Assembly (NCBI GenBank): GCA_965278945.1
Contig: OZ257128.1
Location: forward strand, 600,075-664,074
DNA length: 64,000 nt
Direction of reading: 5' to 3'
Origin: Actinomycetes bacterium
Lineage (GTDB): Bacteria; Actinomycetota; Actinomycetes; S36-B12
The position numbers and the translations under genes were made by a program. Numbering within the stretch: position 1 is the stretch's first letter; every line of letters starts with the position of its first letter. The notes under the pieces were generated by a model. It had not been told where the DNA came from, made no database searches, and was given only the letters and a program-made list of their open reading frames with translations. Shown here in pieces: positions 18,023 to 26,372 of the stretch.

Positions 18023-18757
18023 GTGACGACTGCCCCGCACGAGCGCACTCCGAGGCTCTGGCCGCTCGTGGTCGCGCTTGTCGCGGTCGTGCTGCTGGCC
18101 GGGGTGTTCTTCGCGTCCGAGGCCGCAACCGACCGCCCCGCATCGCCGCCTCTTGGCCCGACAGCATGCGTCACGACGGAGGACCCGCCGATAGGCGGCA
18201 CCGCGACGCAGGTCACGGAAAACGGGGTCGTTTACAACCTCTACACCTTCACCGGCAATGGCGTCCTGACCCCGACGAACTCCGTCACCTATCACTACGA
18301 ACTGATTGACGGATCCGGCGAGTTCGCCGGCACAGCGCAGGCCACCGCGGGAGTCGAGATCGCCGCGGACACGGTCCGGATTCGCTGGCCGAGGTTCTGC
18401 CAGAACATCTCGCAACCTACGGCGCCGTCGCTGACCGGCTCGACGTTCTCCTGGGCGCCCCCAGCGTTCGTCCCGAGCGGGCAGAGCATCGCCTCGTACA
18501 CCGTCATCTACAAGGAGACGGCCGACGACGGCGCCGGCCACGTCTATGCCATCAGCTCCAGTGGTCAGCCGAGGAGCATCAATCTCGACGGGACCACGAC
18601 GGAGCAATGCACGACGCAGAACCTGGCGGGCTGGACGTGCGATCTGGGCATTGACTTAGTGAGCGGGCGGACGTACGAGTTCCGCGTCTTCGCGAGGCCC
18701 TCGTCAGGAGTTCCGGCCGGCCAGCTGACCCCGGCGTTCGCTGTGCTCGCGCCATAG
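18023..18757 (+). CDS. Secreted protein, short paralog of the glycine-rich/FN3-like proteins
   Basis: Signal/TM segment, YTFTGNGVLTP, C-terminal SW..P..YTV.Y..WTC..L.SG.TYEFRVFA; AGGAG before GTG 18023. Confidence 0.65.
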   Translation: MTTAPHERTPRLWPLVVALVAVVLLAGVFFASEAATDRPASPPLGPTACVTTEDPPIGGTATQVTENGVVYNLYTFTGNGVLTPTNSVTYHYELIDGSGEFAGTAQATAGVEIAADTVRIRWPRFCQNISQPTAPSLTGSTFSWAPPAFVPSGQSIASYTVIYKETADDGAGHVYAISSSGQPRSINLDGTTTEQCTTQNLAGWTCDLGIDLVSGRTYEFRVFARPSSGVPAGQLTPAFAVLAP

Positions 18758-18782
18758 CGAATATCGCTGTAATGTCGCACTT

Positions 18783-20081
18783 GTGTCGCAGAAATGTCGC
18801 AGGACCGTCGCATTCGTGCTCGCGGGTGCCACCGCGCTGGCCGCGACCCTCGTGATGTATCCCGCGGGACCCGCGGCAGCGGCGGGTCCTGTGGTGTGCA
18901 CATCCACTGGTGGCTCGACCGTTGCGTCCACGATCGGCGGCATCAAGTACAACGTGGTTACTTTCACCGGCTCCGGCACATTCACCCCGGGCCAGGCCAC
19001 AAGGGCCGACTACCTGGTGGTCGGCGGTGGTGGTGGTGGCGGCGGATCCATTCGCCGAGTCGCGGGCGGCGGCGGTGGCGGGGGCGAGGTGCTGACCGGG
19101 TCGGTCTCCATTCCCGCGAGCGCCCAGACAATCACGATCGGAACCGGTGGGACCGCAGGAACGACATCGACGACCCGTGGCGGAACCGGCGTCGCGTCGA
19201 GCATCGCCGCGCTCGTTGTCGCGCAGGGCGGCACCGGCGGCGGAGCGGGAGTCACGAACCTGACGGGAGTTGCCGCGACGTCCGGCGCATCAGCGGGAGG
19301 CGGGGGAGGAGCGGCCAGTGGCACGGTCACTGGCGGTACCGCGACCGCGCCGGGATTCGCCGGAGGCAACGGAATAACGAGTGGTACCACCACGAATCCG
19401 TCGGGTGGTGGTGGCGGCGGGCAGGGAGCGATCGGTTCCAACGCGACGCTCGCCAACGGAGGTGCCGGTGGCGCCGGGCTGGGAAGCTCCATCACTGGAT
19501 CGCCCGTGACCTACTCGGGCGGTGGTGGCGGCGGCGGGAACGCGACCGGCGGAGCGGGGGCGAACGGCGGCGGCGCGGGCGGAACGTCCGCGGCTCAGAC
19601 GGGAGGCACCGGCACGGGGAACACCGGCAGTGGCGGCGGCGGAGCGGGCAACGGGACGGTGAACTCGAACCAGAGCGGGGGCGCTGGGGGCAGCGGGAAG
19701 ATCATCATTCGCTACCCGAAGTACTGCCTAAACGCATCGCCCCCGACCTCGGTGAGTTTCACCAGTCCGACAATGTCATGGGCGGCACCCGTGTACCTGC
19801 CCTCGGGCGCAACGGTGGCGGCGTACACGGTCACGTACCGGGTGTCGACGGACTCCACGGCCGGCAACATCTACGCCGTGAGCACCAGCGGCTCGGCGCT
19901 GTCGATCAACGTCACGGGCGTTGCCCAGGGAACATGCAATTCGAACAACCCGTCAGGTTGGACCTGCAATGCGGGAATCACCTTGACCTCGGGTAAGACC
20001 TACGAGTTCCGGGTCTTCGCGAAGTCGTCAACGGGAACGTTCGGGCAGATGGCCGCTGCGATCACCTACTCGGTTCCCTAA
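18783..20081 (+). CDS. Secreted glycine-rich-domain protein with C-terminal FN3-like domain
   Basis: Signal peptide, TFTGSGTFTP..YLVVGGGGGGG, GGSGKIIIRY, shared C-terminal domain. Confidence 0.75.
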   Translation: MSQKCRRTVAFVLAGATALAATLVMYPAGPAAAAGPVVCTSTGGSTVASTIGGIKYNVVTFTGSGTFTPGQATRADYLVVGGGGGGGGSIRRVAGGGGGGGEVLTGSVSIPASAQTITIGTGGTAGTTSTTRGGTGVASSIAALVVAQGGTGGGAGVTNLTGVAATSGASAGGGGGAASGTVTGGTATAPGFAGGNGITSGTTTNPSGGGGGGQGAIGSNATLANGGAGGAGLGSSITGSPVTYSGGGGGGGNATGGAGANGGGAGGTSAAQTGGTGTGNTGSGGGGAGNGTVNSNQSGGAGGSGKIIIRYPKYCLNASPPTSVSFTSPTMSWAAPVYLPSGATVAAYTVTYRVSTDSTAGNIYAVSTSGSALSINVTGVAQGTCNSNNPSGWTCNAGITLTSGKTYEFRVFAKSSTGTFGQMAAAITYSVP

Positions 20082-20267
20082 TCCGGACAATCTACGCACG
20101 CGCCGCCCGACAGGGCTGCCAAAGTCCCGAGTCGGCCGATAATTAGCCATAGAAAGCCCTCCGCCGTGGCAGTTGCAGGGAATGCGCGCTGATATCCTTC
20201 GATTGAGGCGAGTGTTATCCAGGATAATCCTGTCTAGCTCGCGACGGTGGCACCCGGGAGGACGAGC

Positions 20268-21587
20268 ATGACGGGTCGACGCACGACGACGCGTTTAGTC
20301 GCGCTCGCCGGCACGTCTGCCGCCGCGCTCGCGATGCTCGTCGCCGTGCCGGCATATGCCGCAGCGCCTGGCTCGCCCGCCTGCAACGCAACGGGCGGCA
20401 ATCTGATCACGAGCACCAGTGCGGAAAATGTCGCGGGCAACTTCGTCCACACGTTCACCGCGAGCGGGACCTTCACGCCCAAGCAGGCGATGACCATCAC
20501 CTACCTGATCGTCGCCGGTGGCGGTGGTGGTGGCGGAGCAGCAGCGAGCACGGCCGGTGGTGGTGGAGGCGCCGGAGAGATGATCACCGCATCTGTGGCC
20601 GTCACCGCGAATACCGCGTACACGATCACCGTGGGCGGTGGCGGCGCGGGAGGCGCATCGACGACGAGCCGCGGAACCGTCGGGAGCGTGAGCAGCATCG
20701 GCTCCCCGATCTCCGTCACCGCGCAGGGCGGCGGCGGCGGGTCTGCCGGAGTGACGAACTTTGCAGGCGTGAACGTGACGACCGGAGAATCCGCCGGAGG
20801 TGCCGGCGGAAACGCGGCCAATGGCACTCCCGCCGGAGGCACCGCGGTCGCGCCAGGCGGTAACGGCGGCAACGGGCGCGGTTCGACGACGACGTCGCGC
20901 CCGGCCGGTGGCGGCGGTGGCGGCGACGGTGCAGCTGGGGCGGCTAGTCCGTCCAATGGCGTCGGCGGCGCGGGCGGCGCGGGCACCGCGAGCTCGATCA
21001 CTGGCACCTCACTTACCTACGCCGCTGGTGGTGGTGGCGGCGGTCGCACCACGGGCGGCGCTGGCGTAAGTGGCGTCAGTGGCGCCGGAGGACTGGCGAT
21101 CGCAGGAACTGCTGCTCCCGGAAACCGTGGTGGCGGTGGAGGAGGAGCCGGAAACGGCACGAGCGGGACCAAGGCGGGAGGCAATGGCGGATCGGGAGTC
21201 GTCATCATCTCCTACGCCAAGAACGCTGGGTGCTTCTCTGCGCCCCAGTCACCGTCGTTCTCCAACCCCACCTTCAGTTGGACCGCTCCGGCGACCACGC
21301 CCACGGGCCAGACGGTGTCGTCATACACGGTGATGTACAAGAGGTCCACGGACACGACCTACGGCAACATCTATGCGCGGCGAGTCGCCGGACAGACGGC
21401 GACAAGCTTGAATATCACTGGCGTTGACAACGCTGCCTGTGCGACCAACAACAGTGCCTTGATCTGGACGTGCGTCTCGGTCCAACTCGTCAGCGGTCAG
21501 ACTTACGACTTCAAGGTATTCGCGAGGGGAAGCGCGACGAGTTCCTTTGGAAGGCTTTCGACCGCAGTTCAGTACACGGTTCCGTAA
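20268..21587 (+). CDS. Secreted glycine-rich-domain protein with C-terminal FN3-like domain (paralog)
   Basis: TFTASGTFTP..YLIVAGGGGGG, GGSGVVIISY; GGAGGA before ATG 20268. Confidence 0.75.
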   Translation: MTGRRTTTRLVALAGTSAAALAMLVAVPAYAAAPGSPACNATGGNLITSTSAENVAGNFVHTFTASGTFTPKQAMTITYLIVAGGGGGGGAAASTAGGGGGAGEMITASVAVTANTAYTITVGGGGAGGASTTSRGTVGSVSSIGSPISVTAQGGGGGSAGVTNFAGVNVTTGESAGGAGGNAANGTPAGGTAVAPGGNGGNGRGSTTTSRPAGGGGGGDGAAGAASPSNGVGGAGGAGTASSITGTSLTYAAGGGGGGRTTGGAGVSGVSGAGGLAIAGTAAPGNRGGGGGGAGNGTSGTKAGGNGGSGVVIISYAKNAGCFSAPQSPSFSNPTFSWTAPATTPTGQTVSSYTVMYKRSTDTTYGNIYARRVAGQTATSLNITGVDNAACATNNSALIWTCVSVQLVSGQTYDFKVFARGSATSSFGRLSTAVQYTVP

Positions 21588-21616
21588 TGATCGAGGACAT
21601 GGAAGGAGGCGAGCAC

Positions 21617-21751
21617 GTGGACAGTCAACTCCAGACGTGGGTGACCCCGCGCCTGGTTCCGCTTGCTGCCTCTGGCGACTCGAAAAACAATCTCTCCGGC
21701 ACTGGTGACATCGACCAGACCTACAGCGGGTTCCCGTACGGCTATAGCTGA
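21617..21751 (+). CDS. Lasso peptide precursor (44 aa: MDSQLQTWVTPRLVPLAASGDSKNNLSGTGDIDQTYSGFPYGYS)
   Basis: GGAAGGAGG RBS at 21601-09, WxxPxL leader motif, two Asp candidates in core, C-terminal Ser, stop 4 nt before the cyclase start; alternative ATG 21587 gives 54 aa. Confidence 0.8.
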   Translation: MDSQLQTWVTPRLVPLAASGDSKNNLSGTGDIDQTYSGFPYGYS

Positions 21752-21755
21752 TCCC

Positions 21756-23339
21756 ATGCACGGACTAACCGCGCGACTGGGTCCGTCTGGCTTCGTGGTC
21801 GACACGCCTGCGGCCGATGCCCCGACGATTGCCACGGAAGTCCTTGCTCCCGACGGCACCATGGCGGGCGCGGTCTACGGCTCGGTCTCGCAGCGGGAGG
21901 CCGACGCACTCGTCATGCGCCTGTCGCTCGGGGGTGACCCGGGAGGACCGGACGTGCCTTGGATCGCGGTCGCGCGATTCGGGTCTGACGGGCTCGCGGG
22001 CGCGGCTTCCATGATGATGCCGAGCGGTCTGTTCTGGTCCGTGGCTAACGACGAGCTGGTCGTCTCGTCGGACCCGGTGTCGGCGACGACAGATCACACC
22101 CTCGACCCCCAATACGTCCGTGACTATGTCGCGGGCAAGACGCGTCCGGTCACCGCTGCGTTCGTTGGCGTACGTCGTGCGACCGCCGGGTCGACTGTGA
22201 CCTGGGCGACGCCGACGTCGCCGGTCGGCTCGCACGTGTGGTGCGGTCCCAGTGTGTGGTCGCAGCCGAGCCTTGACGGCCTGGCGGCCATGACGACCTA
22301 TCTCGAGGTGTTCGACGCGGTCATCGCGGATCTTGCTCGACGATCGCGTCCGCTCGTGACCACCGTGTCGGGCGGTCTCGACTCGACTTTCGTCGCCGCC
22401 AGCCTTGTCAGGGGCTCAGACGGTCCGGTACGCGGCCTCACGTACGCGCCCGTTCCTGGTGCGATGGTCGACGCCGATGCTGACGAGTCCGCTCTCGCCA
22501 TGCTCATGGCGGACGAGTACCCGGGCCGACTGACGGTCGAGCGAGTCGGAAACGCAGGAATGGTCAGGCCGCTGGCGGCCGCGGCAGAGATCTCGCGCCG
22601 CGCGGGAGTTCCGACGTTCACGCCGGCGAACCAGCCCTGGTTGTCGCGGATGCGCGAGATCGCTGCGAGTGGCGGTTCATCGATGTGGTTCGTCGGTTCG
22701 AACGGCAACGCCGCGTTCAGCTATCACCATCCCTACGCGGCCGACTACTACCTTCGTCGGGCGCGAATCCACGGTCTCGCGGAGCTGGCCCGTGATGGCG
22801 GACTGCGCACCCGGGTGCTCGGTCCGTTGAGGCGAAAGTATCTGGGCGGGCCGACGGACTCGTCGGCAGCAATGGACCGAGCCACGTACCTGCGTTGGCT
22901 GGCCCGTTCGGTCACGGGACTGCCTGCTGCCGGCAACCCCGCGGCGATGCAGGGCGTGCTGATGGCAGACCCCTTTGCTTCGCGGGCGGTCATCGAGGTC
23001 GCGGCGGCCATCACCCCGGCCGAGTGGGCCCGCGGGGGAGTTGCCCGAGGGTTTGCGAGGAGAGCGAGCATTGGACGGGTCCCCGACGCGATCCGGCTAC
23101 GAAGCGGACGGGGCCTCCAGGGCAGGGATGCGTGGTTCGTCATCCGCAACGACAAGGACGACTACCTGGACCGGATCTCCACCCTGCCGGGCCTTGCGGG
23201 TCTCGAGGAAGTCGACCACAAGGAAATGCACGCGCAGGTTGCCGCGTGGCCGTGGGGCCAGACGCAGGGACCGCCCTGGTTGGATCAGATCGCCGTGGAC
23301 CGAGTTCTCGGCGTGGCCGAGTTTGTAAGCATTTGGTAG
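21756..23339 (+). CDS. Asparagine-synthetase-like lasso cyclase (C protein)
   Basis: VSGGLDST PP-loop, G.NGN, DPFASRAVIE, ARRA..GRVPDAIRLR.GRGLQ; no N-terminal catalytic Cys of the glutaminase domain. Confidence 0.85.
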   Translation: MHGLTARLGPSGFVVDTPAADAPTIATEVLAPDGTMAGAVYGSVSQREADALVMRLSLGGDPGGPDVPWIAVARFGSDGLAGAASMMMPSGLFWSVANDELVVSSDPVSATTDHTLDPQYVRDYVAGKTRPVTAAFVGVRRATAGSTVTWATPTSPVGSHVWCGPSVWSQPSLDGLAAMTTYLEVFDAVIADLARRSRPLVTTVSGGLDSTFVAASLVRGSDGPVRGLTYAPVPGAMVDADADESALAMLMADEYPGRLTVERVGNAGMVRPLAAAAEISRRAGVPTFTPANQPWLSRMREIAASGGSSMWFVGSNGNAAFSYHHPYAADYYLRRARIHGLAELARDGGLRTRVLGPLRRKYLGGPTDSSAAMDRATYLRWLARSVTGLPAAGNPAAMQGVLMADPFASRAVIEVAAAITPAEWARGGVARGFARRASIGRVPDAIRLRSGRGLQGRDAWFVIRNDKDDYLDRISTLPGLAGLEEVDHKEMHAQVAAWPWGQTQGPPWLDQIAVDRVLGVAEFVSIW

Positions 23340-23367
23340 GCCACATGACCCGGCGTAACCTCTACTC

Positions 23368-24378
23368 GTGAGAGGCAATCGAGTTCGCGCGCGTCGTGCC
23401 CTCGTCATCGCTAGTATCTCGGGCCTCGGGCTCGGTGCCGCGCTGATCTCTCCTACGCCGGCCCACGCGGCCGACGCCTCGATAGGGGTCAGTCTCTACA
23501 GCGTCGGCGGAGCACAGATCCAGTTCAGCATCTGCCTCAACGAGGGTGACGCTCTGCCCGCTCGCGTGAACGGGACGTACACGGTGACGGGTGGTGCCGG
23601 CACTGTCGGCCCGGTCGATTGGTCCGACGCCGATCCGACTTCGATTCTCATCGGCACAGAACCCTGCCCGAGTTCGCTCGTGACGATCGCGGTGGACGAC
23701 CTCCTTCCGTCGACGAGCTACACGATCAACGTCCACGTCAACCTCGTTCCCAAGACCGAGGACGACGACGACAATTTCGTTGACGACACGTCGCGCTCGA
23801 CAGTGTCGCTTGATGCATCGCTCGTAGCGTCGACCACGGACGGGACCTCACCTGACAATGGGCCTGGCGCCGGGGAGTCGGGCGGCGAGACAGGTACGAC
23901 CGACGGGTCTACGGATGCGGGCACTGGGGGTACCTCACCTGGAAATGCCGGCACATCGACCGGTGGTGCCGTCACACCCGTCGTCATCAGCAATCCCGCT
24001 GCGTTCACGTCCTCCCAGTTCTCGGCGCTGACGCCAGCACAAGTGGCGACCATTGCGCCGTCGGCCTTCGGTCAGTTGCCTCCGGCCACGTTCAAGGCGA
24101 TGACCGCGACCCAGGCCGCCGCAATCACGGTCGAGCAGGCATCGAGCATTCGCGCAGCACGTGCCGCAGAACTCCGGCCGTCGGCAGTTGCCGCACTGAC
24201 ACCTAACGCCATCGCTGCGATGCGTCCGTCCGCGATCAAGTTCCTGACGCCGGCGGCCGTAGGAGCCATGACCACCGCCCAGCTACGCGCGCTCACCCCG
24301 CGCCAGATCGCCGCGCTGCGTCCGCTTCAGATCGCCGAGCTCACGGCCGCCGAGAAGGCCTTGCTCCGGGTCAGATGA
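23368..24378 (+). CDS. Secreted protein with C-terminal octapeptide repeats
   Basis: Signal peptide ending AHA, beta-rich domain, G/T linker, about 14-15 eight-residue units (LTPAQVAT..LTPRQIAA). Confidence 0.7.
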   Translation: MRGNRVRARRALVIASISGLGLGAALISPTPAHAADASIGVSLYSVGGAQIQFSICLNEGDALPARVNGTYTVTGGAGTVGPVDWSDADPTSILIGTEPCPSSLVTIAVDDLLPSTSYTINVHVNLVPKTEDDDDNFVDDTSRSTVSLDASLVASTTDGTSPDNGPGAGESGGETGTTDGSTDAGTGGTSPGNAGTSTGGAVTPVVISNPAAFTSSQFSALTPAQVATIAPSAFGQLPPATFKAMTATQAAAITVEQASSIRAARAAELRPSAVAALTPNAIAAMRPSAIKFLTPAAVGAMTTAQLRALTPRQIAALRPLQIAELTAAEKALLRVR

Positions 24379-24905
24379 GCATGCCGAGCGAGCATCCCGC
24401 GCAGAGCGCCGCATCGCGGCGTTGGCGGGGTCGCGCCCGCGTCGCGCAGGCGATGGCGCTCATGACCGTCACCGGTGCTGCGCAGAAGATCGTTCCGATG
24501 ACCCGCTGGTCCCGCGTGATCGGCGAGCACTCCGGCGTGCCGACCGCATGGGAGGCGAAGCCCGATCGTCCCGTGCCGTTGCGCAGCGCAGACCTCGACG
24601 AGGAGCGCGTGCGTCGCGCGATTCAACGTGCCGCCGATCGCCTGCCCTGGACGCCGAGCTGCCTGGCGGAGGCGGCGGCGGGCCAGATCATGCTGCGCCG
24701 TCGCGGCAAGCCCGGCGTCGTCGTCATCGGCCTGCGTCCGGCCGCCGGTGAGTGGGATGCGCATGCCTGGCTGCTCGGCGCGCGTGGCGCGCTGACCGGC
24801 GGGCCCGCGGCCGAGGGCTTCACGCCGACGACGGTGTTCGAGGTACCGGACGGACTGAAGGCCTCGGACGTCGACCTGTCCGAGCCCACCCCGCACCACG
24901 CCTAG
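24375..24905 (+). CDS. Lasso B2 leader peptidase (transglutaminase-like)
   Basis: WTPSCLAEA (Cys), VVIGL, AHAWL (His); ATG overlaps upstream stop. Confidence 0.88.
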   Translation: MSMPSEHPAQSAASRRWRGRARVAQAMALMTVTGAAQKIVPMTRWSRVIGEHSGVPTAWEAKPDRPVPLRSADLDEERVRRAIQRAADRLPWTPSCLAEAAAGQIMLRRRGKPGVVVIGLRPAAGEWDAHAWLLGARGALTGGPAAEGFTPTTVFEVPDGLKASDVDLSEPTPHHA

Positions 24906-24924
24906 CCCACCCACCCACCCCCCG

Positions 24925-24938
24925 CGAGTGGGCAGTTG
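24925..24938. repeat. REP-like hairpin family A, left arm (interrupted)
   Basis: cgagtgggcagttg, identical to the arms at 31458, 33192 and 41313. Confidence 0.75.
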
Positions 24939-24955
24939 ATGCTGCATTTCCGGCG

Positions 24956-26216
24956 CTTGGGTTCAAGGGATCGATGCAACACCTGAGGTGAAGAGGTGTT
25001 GTGATGCTTGGTCCTCCGGGGTTGCCGCCAGCGGTGCGGCTCGGGTTTTGGCAGTGGGTGCGGTCGGGGTTGTCGGTCGCGGAGGCGGCTGCTGCGGCGG
25101 GCGTGTCCGAGCGCACGGGTGCGGGGTGGTTCGGTGAGGCTGGCGGAGTGATGCCTTCATCGGTGACGCCCGGCAAGGTCAGGCCTCGGTTGACGTTCGA
25201 TCAGCGTGAGGAGATCGCGGTCCTGCGTGGGTCGGGGGCGTCGAACGCGGAGATCGCGCGGGCGGTGGGCTGTCACCGGTCCACGATCGGGCGTGAGCTG
25301 GCGATGAACTCCACGTTCTTCGCCGACCGGCACCTGCCTAGGTATCGGGCGTCGATGGCGCAGAAGCGCTCCGACTGGCGGGCTCGCCGGCCGAAGGCGT
25401 CCGCGCTCAAGGCCAACGACCGGCTGCGGCAGGTGGTGCAAGATCACTTGGAGGACGAACTCAGCCCGGAGCAGATCTCAGGTCGGCTGAGGATCGATTT
25501 CCCTGATGATCCGGAGATGCGCGTGAGTCACGAGGCGATCTACCAGGCGTTGTTCGTCCAGGGCCGCGGCGCGTTGCGCCGTGACCTGCACCAACGGCTG
25601 CGCACGGGCCGGGCGATCCGCAAGACCCGGAGGACCGCAGGTGAGCGCCGTGGCCGGATCCCGGGGATGGTCTCCATCACCGAGCGCCCGCCCGAGGTCG
25701 CCGACCGTGCTGTTCCTGGCCATTGGGAGGGCGACCTGATCGTGGGGAAGAACTCCGGCTCGGCGATCGGGACCTTGGTCGAGCGGGCAACCGGGTTCTG
25801 CCTGCTGCTGCACCTTCCCGGCAACCACGGCGCGGACGCGGTAGCCGACGCGATGATCACCGCGATGAGCCAGCTGCCGGCGACCTTGCGACGCACGCTG
25901 ACCTGGGACCAGGGATCGGAGATGGCCAACCACGTCCAGATCGCCGCAGCCACGGACCTGGACATCTACTTCTGCGATCCCCACTCACCATGGCAGCGCG
26001 GATCCAACGAGAACACCAACGGCCTGCTGCGTCAGTACTTCGCCAAAGGCTCCGACCTGTCGGTCTATGCCCCGGACTATCTCGAGCACGTCAGCCGAAA
26101 ACTGAACAACCGGCCACGCAAACGCCACGGCTTCAAGACACCAGCCGAAATGCTCGACCACCTACTGTCAGAACCGGTCAATCCAACCGATGTTGCATCC
26201 ACCGCTTGAATCCACC
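24956..26216 (+). mobile_element. IS30-family insertion sequence (type 2, copy 1)
   Basis: 1261 bp shared with 41344-42604; imperfect ttcaag..gatgcaac terminal inverted repeats; no clean target-site duplication seen. Confidence 0.9.
25001..26209 (+). CDS. IS30-family transposase
   Basis: VSHEAIYQ, GHWEGDLI, TWDQGSEM, PWQRGSNENTNG. Confidence 0.95.
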   Translation: MMLGPPGLPPAVRLGFWQWVRSGLSVAEAAAAAGVSERTGAGWFGEAGGVMPSSVTPGKVRPRLTFDQREEIAVLRGSGASNAEIARAVGCHRSTIGRELAMNSTFFADRHLPRYRASMAQKRSDWRARRPKASALKANDRLRQVVQDHLEDELSPEQISGRLRIDFPDDPEMRVSHEAIYQALFVQGRGALRRDLHQRLRTGRAIRKTRRTAGERRGRIPGMVSITERPPEVADRAVPGHWEGDLIVGKNSGSAIGTLVERATGFCLLLHLPGNHGADAVADAMITAMSQLPATLRRTLTWDQGSEMANHVQIAAATDLDIYFCDPHSPWQRGSNENTNGLLRQYFAKGSDLSVYAPDYLEHVSRKLNNRPRKRHGFKTPAEMLDHLLSEPVNPTDVASTA

Positions 26217-26232
26217 TCGATTTCGGCCGCGA

Positions 26233-26246
26233 CAACTCACCACTCG
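26233..26246. repeat. REP-like hairpin family A, right arm (variant)
   Basis: caactcaccactcg, matching the variant arm seen at 13785-13803. Confidence 0.7.
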
Positions 26247-26372
26247 ACGAGGTTTCCGTGCCGGGATTGGGGGTGATTCCGGGTCACCGATCCGACACTC
26301 CTAGGGAAGGTCTCGTTCGGCATGGTCGAGCCCGCTTGCCAGCCGGCTCGACTGAACCGAAGGAGGCATCCC

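Noticed and set aside
20215-20227. ttatcc-a-ggataa as a DnaA box/origin
   Set aside because: Only a partial match to TTATCCACA and not clustered; kept only as a weak operator candidate
21756-23339. Ordinary asparagine synthetase (asnB)
   Set aside because: Lacks the N-terminal Cys glutaminase signature and sits between a precursor and a B2 gene, which fits a lasso cyclase
23345-23371. Mini-ORF MTRRNLYS after the cyclase, ending in YS like the precursor
   Set aside because: Only 8 codons with no leader motif or RBS; at most a coupling device for the next gene
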